Origin: an uncultured Acidobacteriota bacterium
GTDB lineage: Bacteria > Acidobacteriota > JAQAZP01
DNA: 64,000 nucleotides
Direction: 5' to 3'
Assembly (NCBI GenBank): GCA_963836075.1
Contig: CAWIIB010000009.1
Span: forward strand, 3,040,001 to 3,104,000
Part shown: piece by piece, positions 1 to 8,937 of the stretch
Layout: the number at the start of each line of letters is the position of its first letter
Numbering within the stretch: position 1 is the stretch's first letter
The notes under the pieces: generated by a model
The model's input: the letters and a program-made list of their open reading frames with translations, nothing else
Told to the model about the DNA's origin: nothing
Databases searched by the model: none
Program-made: the position numbers and the translations under genes

Positions 1-1
1 C

Positions 2-661
2 CTGGCCGCGGCCCACGTGGGAGTAAAGGTGGTGCTCCTTGAGTGGGGTGATCCCCACCTCCAGTGCGCCGAGGTGGCGGGCAAAGGCCTTGATCCGCCG
101 GGTGGCTTCCGCGGCGGCGATCTCCAGCGGTTCGGCCCGGCGGGGGGTGGTGATGTCACCCAGGTGGTTAATCTCCTCGATATAGTCGAAGAGCGCTTCG
201 AAATATGCGCCGTCTTTTTCGGTGTAGAAGCGGCCTCCCGGCTCCCCCAGCCTGGGTAACTGGCGCAGTTCCCCGTCCACTTCGGCCAGGTCGGGCCGCA
301 GCCTTTGGTAGAACTCCTCGAACTGGGGTGTGCCCTGCTTCAGCCGGGCCCTGGCGAACATGATTTCCCGCTCGTCCAGGCGGCGGGCTTTCTGTGCGTC
401 CACCTCGGGGATGGTGTTCTCGCCCATGGGGTAGAGCATCAGCAGCGCGGCCAGGGCCGCCGCGGCCATCAGGCCCACCGCCGCGGGAATGGACCACTGG
501 GGATAGCGCAGGCCCAGACCGAACCAGGCGGCGAGGAAGACCAGGCCGCAGGTGATGGCCACCGCGGCCGCCCGGTTTTCCCGCTCGCGGACGCTGACCA
601 GACCGAAGCCGAGAAGAAACAGGCCGGTGAGGCTTCCGGTGATGATGAACAGCGTGGACAT
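2..661 (-). CDS. Reductive-dehalogenase-like protein with N-terminal transmembrane helices (5' part only; runs off the window edge)
   Basis: Not in the ORF track; translated by hand from ATG at 661. MSTLFIITGSLTGLFLLGFGLVSVRERE... gives ~3 hydrophobic helices, then RLDEREIMFARARL..G...EEFY and ATRRIKAFARHLGALEVGITPLKEHHLYSHVGRG, an RdhA-type motif. The Fe-S motifs would lie outside the window. Confidence 0.65.
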   Translation of the reverse strand, partial: MSTLFIITGSLTGLFLLGFGLVSVRERENRAAAVAITCGLVFLAAWFGLGLRYPQWSIPAAVGLMAAAALAALLMLYPMGENTIPEVDAQKARRLDEREIMFARARLKQGTPQFEEFYQRLRPDLAEVDGELRQLPRLGEPGGRFYTEKDGAYFEALFDYIEEINHLGDITTPRRAEPLEIAAAEATRRIKAFARHLGALEVGITPLKEHHLYSHVGRGQ

Positions 662-726
662 GGGCCAAGCGTAATCCCTCACCCCGCGGTGCGCAAGTGG
701 CGTGTGTCGAGGTGACCGTCACCTGA

Positions 727-1599
727 TTATGCGCCGGCCAGTTGCCGCAGCAGCGCGAGGTTCCGGCGGTCCTCCTCCAGCTCCGGGCCCTTGCGGGTCT
801 CCAGCACCTTGGGGATATCCTTCAGCCGCTGGTCCCGCATCAGGCTGCGGAAGGCCTCCCGCCCCAGGGCCCCGTCGCCGATCTGGTCATGGCGGTCCAC
901 CCGGGAGCCGAGGTCCTTCTTGCTGTCGTTGACGTGGATCGCGTGCAAACGGTCAAACCCCACCAGCTGCTCAAACTCGCCCATGGTCTTTTCGTAGGCC
1001 TCGGGGGTGCGCAGGTCATACCCGGCGGCAAAGATGTGGCAGGTGTCGAGACAGACCCCGAGGCGCTCCGGCTGCTCCACCTGCTCGAGGATCGCGGCCA
1101 GGTGCTCGAAACGGAAACCGAGGCTGGTGCCCTGGCCGGCGGTGGTCTCGATGAGGATCTTCGCTTCCATGTCCGGGTGCCGGCGGTGGACGGCATCCAG
1201 GGATTCGGCAACCCGGGCCAGGCCGGCGGCCTCGCCGTCCCCCTTGTGCGCCCCGGGGTGGGACACCAGGAAGGGCAGGCCCAGCTGTTCGGCGCGCTCC
1301 AGCTCGTCGCCCATGGCGGCGATGGATTTCTCCAGCAGGCGCGGGTCGGGAGAGGCGAGGTTGATCAGGTAGCTGTCGTGGGCCAGGACCACCCCCAGGC
1401 CGCTCTCCTCCCGGGCGGTGCGGAACTGCTCCACCGCCTCGTCGGCCAGCGGTTTCGCTTTCCACTGGCTGGCGTTCTTGGTGAAGATCTGCAGGGCGCG
1501 GCAGTCCACCTGGAGGGCCCGCTGGATGGCGAGGTGCAGGCCGCCGCTGATCGACATGTGGGCGCCCAGATAGGGCTGCTGCTGGTTGTCGGCGGTCAT
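727..1599 (-). CDS. nfo: Endonuclease IV (AP endonuclease family 2)
   Basis: LGAHMSISGG, QIFTKN, HDSYLINLAS, HPG, ETTAGQG, CLDTCHIFAAGYD, HVNDSK, DRH motifs; start reassigned to ATG 1599. Confidence 0.95.
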   Translation of the reverse strand: MTADNQQQPYLGAHMSISGGLHLAIQRALQVDCRALQIFTKNASQWKAKPLADEAVEQFRTAREESGLGVVLAHDSYLINLASPDPRLLEKSIAAMGDELERAEQLGLPFLVSHPGAHKGDGEAAGLARVAESLDAVHRRHPDMEAKILIETTAGQGTSLGFRFEHLAAILEQVEQPERLGVCLDTCHIFAAGYDLRTPEAYEKTMGEFEQLVGFDRLHAIHVNDSKKDLGSRVDRHDQIGDGALGREAFRSLMRDQRLKDIPKVLETRKGPELEEDRRNLALLRQLAGA

Positions 1600-1742
1600 C
1601 GGGATCCCCTGGAAAAGTGAACGGTGAACACCGATTATATGCCCCCGCCGGCTTGCTGTCACCGGAGTTTCATTGTCCGCATCCGGGCCGCGTGTTAAAA
1701 TTTGTACAGGTGAGATGAGACCAGCCCCCAGGAGAAGACCCG

Positions 1743-3101
1743 ATGACGCCACGCCCCTCCCATCTGCGGCAGACGGCCGTGCTGCTCCTGCTGGTGATCT
1801 TCTTCCTCGTTCCCGCCCTGGTCCGCGCATCGCCTCCCCCTGACGAGTTCCCCCCCGGCAAGGACAAGGGCCCGGTGTATGGCCACCCGGACGACGGGCC
1901 GGTGCCCGGCGCTCCCATGGTGGTGGTGCGGCGGATCGAGAAGGTGGTGATCACCGGCAACAAGCGCACCGTGGAACGGGTGATCCGCCGGGAACTGCTG
2001 CTGGAGGAGGGGGATGTCTTCGACGAGGTGCCGGCGAACATCTCGCGGCTCAAACTGTTGCGCCTCGGCTTTTTCCGCCGGGTGCGGATGTCGCTGAGCA
2101 GGGGCGCCGACAGGGATTGGGTCATCTGGCACATCAGGGTGGAGGAACGGCCAACGCTGCTGCTCACCGCCGGCTCCCGGGGGTTCGTGGGCCTCAGCGG
2201 CGCCGATCTCGGTTTTGGCGTGGGAGACATCAACTTTGGCGGCCGCGGGCAGACGGCCCTGGCCGGGTTCAAGCTGCGGCGGGACCACCAGGTGGCCTCC
2301 CTGGGCTGGAGCGACCCCCACTTCCTGGGGTCGGACGTCATTGCCGGGATCCGGTCGGACTTCTTTCACACGGAGGAGAGGGTCAATGGACCGGACGGAG
2401 ACGGATCGGTTCTAGAGGCCGAGGGATTCTCGGTTGCGCCCTTTGTCGGGATGCGCACCCGCTGGTATTCGCAGCTGGTGGCCGGTCTCAAATATTCCAG
2501 TGTGGACCAGGAATACCTGGCGGATGGCCTGCCGGCTTACCAGCCGCCGCCTTTCGAGCCGGACGCCCGGATTTTCGCCTTCGGCCTGGTCTACAACTGG
2601 AGCCGCAAGAATGACCTTTTCCTGCCCAGCGAGGGGATGGAACTGACCGTCTCCTTCGAGAACGCGTTCCAGGCCCTGGGCGGCAACTACGCCTACCGCA
2701 AACTGACCCTCGACGGCAGCGGCGTTTTCCCGGTGGCGCCGCGGCAACTGGCCCAGGTTCGCCTGTTCGGCGGGGTCATTGGCGGTGATGCGCCGTTCTT
2801 CGAGCAGTTCAACGTGGCCGACCTGGTGCGCGGCATCCACAACCACCATGACCAGTGGCAGGACTCGGGCCTGGCCTTCCAGCTGGAGTACAAGTTCATT
2901 TTCCCCCGCAGCCGGTTCTCCTTCATCGACCAGTGGGAACTGCTGGGATTCGTTGACGGGGGGAACGCCTTTCCCAGGGACGACGTGCGTCTGGGGGACC
3001 TGGTGTACTCCTGCGGTCTGGGAGCGCGTTTCGACACCGGAATCGGCATCGTCAGCCTGGTGGGGGCGGTTTACACCACCCACGACCACAACCACTGGTA
3101 A
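1743..3101 (+). CDS. Omp85/BamA-TamA family outer membrane protein with a single POTRA domain
   Basis: Signal peptide; POTRA motif IEKVVITGNKRT..VIRRELLLEEGDVFD...LGFF...VEERP; C-terminal GFVDGGN...GLGARFDTGIG. Confidence 0.85.
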   Translation: MTPRPSHLRQTAVLLLLVIFFLVPALVRASPPPDEFPPGKDKGPVYGHPDDGPVPGAPMVVVRRIEKVVITGNKRTVERVIRRELLLEEGDVFDEVPANISRLKLLRLGFFRRVRMSLSRGADRDWVIWHIRVEERPTLLLTAGSRGFVGLSGADLGFGVGDINFGGRGQTALAGFKLRRDHQVASLGWSDPHFLGSDVIAGIRSDFFHTEERVNGPDGDGSVLEAEGFSVAPFVGMRTRWYSQLVAGLKYSSVDQEYLADGLPAYQPPPFEPDARIFAFGLVYNWSRKNDLFLPSEGMELTVSFENAFQALGGNYAYRKLTLDGSGVFPVAPRQLAQVRLFGGVIGGDAPFFEQFNVADLVRGIHNHHDQWQDSGLAFQLEYKFIFPRSRFSFIDQWELLGFVDGGNAFPRDDVRLGDLVYSCGLGARFDTGIGIVSLVGAVYTTHDHNHW

Positions 3102-3148
3102 TCGGCAACTGGAGCGGGCCGGGGTGGGTGCCCCGGCCCGGGTAACTG

Positions 3149-3889
3149 ATGACTCAGCGCAGACAGCAACAGCGAGCCGTTCCGCCGTCCGGATGCCGCG
3201 GACTGTTCTGCCTGCTGGTCTTTCTCCTGCTCCAGGGCGCTGTGGGCGCACCGGCACTGCTGGCCGGCGACCCGCCGCCGGGGGAGGCGATCTGCCGCCC
3301 CTATGCCGAAGAGGATCTGCTGATGCTGGACCTGGAGGTGGTCACCCTGTTCAGCGACGAGGTTCGCGAAACCCTGGTCAGCGGGTTCACCAGCACCGTG
3401 GCCACCCGCCTGATGCTGGTTGAGGCGGAGAGCGGGCGGCTGGTGGCTGAGAATCGTTTCAGCCGGGAGATCCGTTTCGACGTCTGGGACGAGACCTACC
3501 TGATCACCACCTACTCCGACCAGGGCACCGGCCGGCACCTGGCCGGCACGCTGGACGAGGTGGAGGAATACTGTCGCCGGCTCACCGAGTTTCGCTTCTG
3601 CCCGCTGGAGCGGCTGGAGCAGGACACGTCGTACCTGATCACCATGGAGGTGCTGCTGGTCCCCATCTCCCAGGACCAGCTGGAACAGACCAAGCGCTGG
3701 GTGGAGGAGTCCGGTTCGGCCGGGGAGAACGACCGGCAGGGCGGGCGGAGCATCTTTTTCGGTTCGATGATGAACATCTTCATCGGACGCTCCACCGGGG
3801 TGGACGAGGACCGTTTCACCTTTGTCACCGCGCCCTTCCGGGCGGCCGACGTGGAGTGGACCGGGGAGGAGGTGGACGGCGATGAGTAA
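3149..3889 (+). CDS. DUF4390-like periplasmic protein
   Basis: Signal peptide; E.L.SG....., IRFDVWDETY motif; position directly upstream of an NtrY/NtrX-like pair. Confidence 0.7.
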   Translation: MTQRRQQQRAVPPSGCRGLFCLLVFLLLQGAVGAPALLAGDPPPGEAICRPYAEEDLLMLDLEVVTLFSDEVRETLVSGFTSTVATRLMLVEAESGRLVAENRFSREIRFDVWDETYLITTYSDQGTGRHLAGTLDEVEEYCRRLTEFRFCPLERLEQDTSYLITMEVLLVPISQDQLEQTKRWVEESGSAGENDRQGGRSIFFGSMMNIFIGRSTGVDEDRFTFVTAPFRAADVEWTGEEVDGDE

Positions 3890-5468
3890 GATCGGCCTGC
3901 GTATCGTCAGCGCCCTGCTGGTGGTCTCGGTGATCCCGCTGGTCTTTGCCGTGCTGACCTTCCGCTGGACGGTGGCGCAGACGCTGGAACTGGGCCTGAG
4001 CCCCGAGGTGGAAGCGGTGCTGGAGACCGCCACCGCCTTTCCCCGGAGGATTTACGAGGCGCAGTCGGCGCGGCTGGCGCTGCTCAACAGGCTGCTGGAA
4101 CAGCACCTCGCCGGGCTGCCCGCGCCGCCGGCGGAGGGGCAGGCGGCGGACGACCTGAGCAGCCTGATCCGCGGTCTCGATGTCCGGCCCGCACCGGCCC
4201 TGGTGGGTCTGCGGCAGGGCAGCAGCTGGCAGGTTGCCGGCGGGGAGGCGGAGGCACCGCCGGTGGTCTGCGACACGTTCCGCCGCAAGCTGGAGCAGGC
4301 CGAACCGGGCGAACCGTTTCTGTTCAGCGTGGGGCCCGGCGTTTCATTCATGGGGCTTATCGGACCGGAAGGGGGGGAGCGGGGCCGGGTGGCGGCAGCC
4401 ATATCGGTGCGGGCCGACCTGCGGCTGGAGGCTGAGACGCTGCAGGGCACGCTGATCACCTACCGCCACCTCAACTACCTGGTGACCCGTCTGAAATCGC
4501 GCATCACCCTCTTTTTCGTGGTGGTGATGTCGCTGGTGATCCTGGGCAGCCTGGCTGCCGGCATCGCCATCTCCCGCGGGATCACCCGGCGGCTGGCCGC
4601 CCTGGCCGGCGCCACCCGCCAGGTGGCGGTGGGGGACTACGATCTTCACCTGCCCCCCGGGGGGCATGACGAACTGGGGCGGCTGATCGACTCCTTCCGC
4701 GGGATGGCCGGCGAGCTGCAACAGAGCCGGGAACGGATCATATATCTGGAGAAGATGGCGCTGTGGAAAGACATGGCCCGCAAGCTGGCCCACGAGATCA
4801 AGAACCCCCTCTCGCCGATCCAGATGGGTATCCAGGAGCTGCGTGACCGCTACGCCGCGGTGGCCGCCGGCGAGGCGGGGGAGGGCGGACAGGCCGAGTT
4901 CGCCGCCCTGCTGGAGGAGAGCGCGGAGATGGTGCTGGAAGAGACCGGGAGGCTGAAGCGGATGGTCCAGGCCTTCTCCTCTTTTGCCCGGCTTCCGGAC
5001 CCGGTCCCCGAGGCCCTGGACCTCAACGAAGCGGTGCACCGCTTCTTCGAGCGTCACCCCGAGTACGGAGAGCAGCTGGAGATCTCCTTCGGCCTGGCCC
5101 AGGGGCTGCCACCGGCCTGGTTCGACCCGGACCAGCTGGTGGGCATCCTGCGCAACCTGGCCGACAATGCGGTGCAGCTGGAACGGCCCGGCCTGGGCCT
5201 GCGGGTGGAAAGCTCCAGCCCCGGTGCGGGATGGCTGCAGCTGACCGTCGCCGACAACGGGCCCGGTATCCGCCAGGGGGAGAAACAGCGGGTTTTTGAA
5301 CCATCGTTCAGCGGCCGTCCCGACGGTATGGGCCTCGGCCTGGCCATCGTCAAGAAAAGCGTCCTCGACCAGGGCGGCTGGATCAGCGTCGAGGACGCCC
5401 AGCCGCAGGGCGCGCGGTTCGTGATCCGGATCCCTGCCGCGAAGGCAACAAAGGAGAGGGACGTCTGA
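3882..5468 (+). CDS. HAMP-domain sensor histidine kinase (NtrY-like)
   Basis: Two TM segments, HAMP (DELGRLIDSF), H-box WKDMARKLAHEIKNPL, N box, DNGPG, GMGLGL; start ATG 3882 overlaps the upstream gene. Confidence 0.9.
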   Translation: MSKIGLRIVSALLVVSVIPLVFAVLTFRWTVAQTLELGLSPEVEAVLETATAFPRRIYEAQSARLALLNRLLEQHLAGLPAPPAEGQAADDLSSLIRGLDVRPAPALVGLRQGSSWQVAGGEAEAPPVVCDTFRRKLEQAEPGEPFLFSVGPGVSFMGLIGPEGGERGRVAAAISVRADLRLEAETLQGTLITYRHLNYLVTRLKSRITLFFVVVMSLVILGSLAAGIAISRGITRRLAALAGATRQVAVGDYDLHLPPGGHDELGRLIDSFRGMAGELQQSRERIIYLEKMALWKDMARKLAHEIKNPLSPIQMGIQELRDRYAAVAAGEAGEGGQAEFAALLEESAEMVLEETGRLKRMVQAFSSFARLPDPVPEALDLNEAVHRFFERHPEYGEQLEISFGLAQGLPPAWFDPDQLVGILRNLADNAVQLERPGLGLRVESSSPGAGWLQLTVADNGPGIRQGEKQRVFEPSFSGRPDGMGLGLAIVKKSVLDQGGWISVEDAQPQGARFVIRIPAAKATKERDV

Positions 5469-6862
5469 TGGGCGACAAGGAAGTGAACGGCGTTATCCTG
5501 GTGGCCGATGACGAGCGGAACATCCGCCGGACCCTCTCCCTGGTGCTGGGCGGGGCGGGATACCAGGTGCTGGAGGCGGAGAACGGGCAGGAGGCGGTGG
5601 AGCAGGCCGCCGGCCGGGCCTGCGACCTGGTGCTCCTCGACCTGAAGATGCCGGTGCTCACCGGTCTGGAGGCGCTGGAACTGCTGAAGAAGGACGAGCC
5701 GCAGTTGCCGGTGGTGGTCATCTCCGGCCAGGCCACCTTCTCCGACGCGGTGCGGGCCACCCGGATGGGGGCCTACGACTTCATTGAAAAGCCGCTGGAA
5801 AAGGAGCGGGTGCTGCACTCGGTCCGCCTGGCCCTGGAGTCGAGCCGGCTGCGCCGGGAGAACATCGACCTGCGGGCCCAGCTGGGCGAGCCGGCGCGGA
5901 TGGTGGGCAGTTCGCCGGTGATCGAGGCGCTGCGCGAGGCCATCGGACGGGCCGCGCCGAGCCGCGGACGGATCCTCATCGTCGGGGAGAGCGGCACCGG
6001 CAAGGAACTGGTGGCCCGGGCGATCCACGAACAGAGCCCGCTCCGCGACGGCCCCTTCATCAAGGTCAACTGCGCGGCCATTCCCACCGAGCTGATCGAG
6101 AGCGAACTGTTCGGCGCGGAGAGGGGCGCCTTCACCGGGGCCGAGCGTCTCAAGCTGGGCAAGTTCGAACTGGCCCACGGCGGCACGCTCTTTCTCGACG
6201 AGATCGGCGACATGGGCCTCTCGGCCCAGGCCAAGGTGCTGCGCATCCTGCAGACCGGCGAGCTGACCCGCCTGGGCAGCAATGACCCGGTGAGCGTCGA
6301 GGTGCGGGTGGTGGCGGCGACGAACAAGAACCTCGAGGAGGAAATTCGCACCGGCGGCTTTCGCGAGGACCTCTTCTACCGCATCAACGTGGTGCCGCTG
6401 GTGGTGCCGCCGCTGCGGCAGCGCAAGGAGGACATCCCCGAGCTGACCGAACACTTCATCGGCATCTTCTGCCGCGAGAACGGTTTTCCCACCATGACCC
6501 TGCAGCCCGAGGCCCTGGAGCTGCTCCTCGACTATCACTGGCCGGGAAACGTGCGCGAGCTGCGCAACGTGATCGAACGGCTGGTGATCATGGTCCGTGA
6601 GCCGCTGATCAGGGCCTTCCACGTCCGGCGGCACCTCACCGCCCTGTTCAGCGGACGCCCCGGCGATGACAGCGACTCGCGCCGGCTCTCGTCCCTGCTG
6701 GGCAAGATGAGCCTCAAGGAATTCCGCGAGGAGCAGGAGCGGGCATTCATCATCGCCGCCCTGGACGAGACCGGCTGGAACGTCTCCCGCGCCGCCGCCC
6801 TCCTGGGTCTCGAACGCACCAACCTGCACAAAAAGATCTCCGGTTACGGCTTAAAAAAGTAG
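5468..6862 (+). CDS. Sigma54-dependent response regulator (NtrC/NtrX family)
   Basis: Receiver domain, GESGTGKE, GAFTGA, LFLDEIG, WPGNVREL, C-terminal Fis HTH. Confidence 0.95.
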   Translation: MGDKEVNGVILVADDERNIRRTLSLVLGGAGYQVLEAENGQEAVEQAAGRACDLVLLDLKMPVLTGLEALELLKKDEPQLPVVVISGQATFSDAVRATRMGAYDFIEKPLEKERVLHSVRLALESSRLRRENIDLRAQLGEPARMVGSSPVIEALREAIGRAAPSRGRILIVGESGTGKELVARAIHEQSPLRDGPFIKVNCAAIPTELIESELFGAERGAFTGAERLKLGKFELAHGGTLFLDEIGDMGLSAQAKVLRILQTGELTRLGSNDPVSVEVRVVAATNKNLEEEIRTGGFREDLFYRINVVPLVVPPLRQRKEDIPELTEHFIGIFCRENGFPTMTLQPEALELLLDYHWPGNVRELRNVIERLVIMVREPLIRAFHVRRHLTALFSGRPGDDSDSRRLSSLLGKMSLKEFREEQERAFIIAALDETGWNVSRAAALLGLERTNLHKKISGYGLKK

Positions 6863-7111
6863 GCCATTTTGACACCGGGGACGTACATGAATTTATGACT
6901 AACTGAGAAGTCATTGAGGGGGGCTGAGTTACGCTTTCCGGTTTGAGGGCGTGACTCACAAATATTTCTCCATGCCGGCACGCATTTCGTTGTATTAGTT
7001 ATGTTTTTTACATTTGTCCCCGGATTTTTTGAAGAATGTGTGGTGCCGGGGGTAGTAACAGATGAGGAACGACATCGAAAACCCAAACCACTTGATCGGG
7101 GAGGAGCGAGG

Positions 7112-7922
7112 ATGAGGAAGAGGTACAGACGGCACATCGAGAAACCGGCCGGGACCGGCACTGAAACAGACTCCACGAGCAGTGCTTTTCACGCTCGCTC
7201 TGCTGGCCGCTCTCCTGGTAATTCTTTTGCCGACCAGCGGTTGCAGCTATGCAGAGGACAAGGTCGAACAGGATGGCGATGAACTGGTCCTGCGATCCTA
7301 CAAGGTTGATCCGCAATACGGAGAGGAACTGAAAAGCATCCTCACCGATATGCTGAAACGGGGAGGGGACACCCCATCCATGGGGTCGGTGAGGGTACCA
7401 CGGGACGGTCTGGTGGTGGTCACCGCCCCGGCATCGATCCATGCGGGTATCGAGGAGATCATCTCCGCCCTGGGCAGCACATCTCCGACACCTCCTCCAA
7501 CTATTCGTATCACCTACTGGGCGGTGCAGGGCAAAGTGGCCGCCGAGATGGCCTGGCCGGCCAGCCTTGACCAACTGCAGGAGGCGCTCGAAGCCATCGC
7601 CCAGGTTGATGGCCCGTTGACCTTCACGCTCCAGGAAAAAATTGCACTCAATTCGCTCAGCGGCTCCCACGCCAGCACCGATGGGCCGTATTTTGGTATT
7701 CAGCAGAAGGCCACATCGCGAAACGGGGTGGTCCACGCTGATCTGAATATCGAGAAAGGTCCGGCAATGCGGGTCAGGACCAGCGTTAGGCTCGAGCCAG
7801 GCCAGCTGATGGTTCTGGAGCAGGCCGGCTTCACCACCATGGTACAGGGGGCCCCCGAAATGGCCCGGAGCAGCACCTATATCATCTTGCAGGCCGAGGT
7901 GGTTTCCTCTGACGGCCGCTAG
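7112..7922 (+). CDS. Exported hypothetical protein with a secretin-N-like region; apparent +1 frameshift at ~7122
   Basis: GGAGGAG RBS before ATG 7112. Removing one G from AGGTACA (7121-7127) joins this start to ORF 7182-7922; otherwise the start is GTG 7182. Confidence 0.55.
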
Positions 7923-7924
7923 AG

Positions 7925-8473
7925 ATGGGAGAACCGGCGCAGACACCACTGGGCAGGGAGGCGCTCGAGCGGCTTTATTGCCGTCTCGAGAAGCCCCTGT
8001 ACAACGTGGTGTATCGCTGGGTCTGGAACGAGGAGGACGCCAGGGATCTGGTGCAGGAAGCCTTTGTCCGCCTGTGGCGGATGAGGCGGCGGGTGCGGGT
8101 GGAGACGGTGGAGCCGCTGGTCTACCGCATCGCGATCAATCTGGCCGCGAACCGGCGCCGTTCGCGAAAACTGTGGCGTTGGGCCTCGCTGAAAGCGGTC
8201 AGCGCCCGTGCCGCCGGGACGGTGGATGGCCTGCGGGCGCTGGAGTCCGCTGAACGCGAGGACGTCGTGCGCGGGGCGGTGAATGCCCTGCCCGAGCGGC
8301 TCAAGCGCGTCGTGCTGATGAGCGAGTTCAGCGGGATGACCTACGAACAGATCGGCCGGGCGCTGGGGATTCCGGCGGGCACCGTGGGGTCGCGCCGCCA
8401 CCAGGCCCTGAAGCAGCTGCGCCAGGCGCTCGGCCCGCTGATCGATAAAGGGGCACTGGAGAGAGGTAAATAA
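7925..8473 (+). CDS. ECF sigma-70 factor
   Basis: EDARDLVQEAFVRLW, VYRIAINLA, YEQIGRALGIPAGTVGSR. Confidence 0.9.
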   Translation: MGEPAQTPLGREALERLYCRLEKPLYNVVYRWVWNEEDARDLVQEAFVRLWRMRRRVRVETVEPLVYRIAINLAANRRRSRKLWRWASLKAVSARAAGTVDGLRALESAEREDVVRGAVNALPERLKRVVLMSEFSGMTYEQIGRALGIPAGTVGSRRHQALKQLRQALGPLIDKGALERGK

Positions 8474-8862
8474 TGAACGGAAGGGCCAGTGGACTTTTTC
8501 CTGAGCTGACGCCGGCCCCGGGGGGCCTGCAGGCGCTGAGGCGGCGCCTGGACGAGGAGCCGGCCCGCCGGCACCGCCGGGTGCGCCGGCACGTCCTGGC
8601 CGCCTCGTTGGCCACGACGACGGTTGCCTGTGTGGTGGTCCTCCTGCTGGCCATGCCCGTCCCGGGGACCGTTTCCAGCGTCGCGGCCCTGCGCATCGAC
8701 GCCGACCTCAACCCCGCTCTGATCCGGCTGGGTGTGGCCGAACCGGCGGCTGAGCCGGTGACCGTCCCCCGGGATCACCGGACCAGTGTGGCCGTGGAGC
8801 GGGTGGATGTGGACAACCCGAAGGTCGTTTTCTACCGGGTCTCCGTCCTGCCGGCATCCTAG
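8473..8862 (+). CDS. Putative membrane anti-sigma partner
   Basis: Start overlaps the sigma stop codon; single TM helix. Confidence 0.5.
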   Translation: MNGRASGLFPELTPAPGGLQALRRRLDEEPARRHRRVRRHVLAASLATTTVACVVVLLLAMPVPGTVSSVAALRIDADLNPALIRLGVAEPAAEPVTVPRDHRTSVAVERVDVDNPKVVFYRVSVLPAS

Positions 8863-8881
8863 AGTCAATACGGACCACGAA

Positions 8882-8913
8882 ACAAAGGGACCGGCGAGAG
8901 CCGGTCCCTTTGT
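8882..8913. terminator. Intrinsic terminator, likely bidirectional
   Basis: ACAAAGGGACCGGC-gaga-GCCGGTCCCTTTGT perfect hairpin between convergent genes. Confidence 0.85.
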
Positions 8914-8937
8914 AGTGTTGTCTCACTTGCGGGAGGT

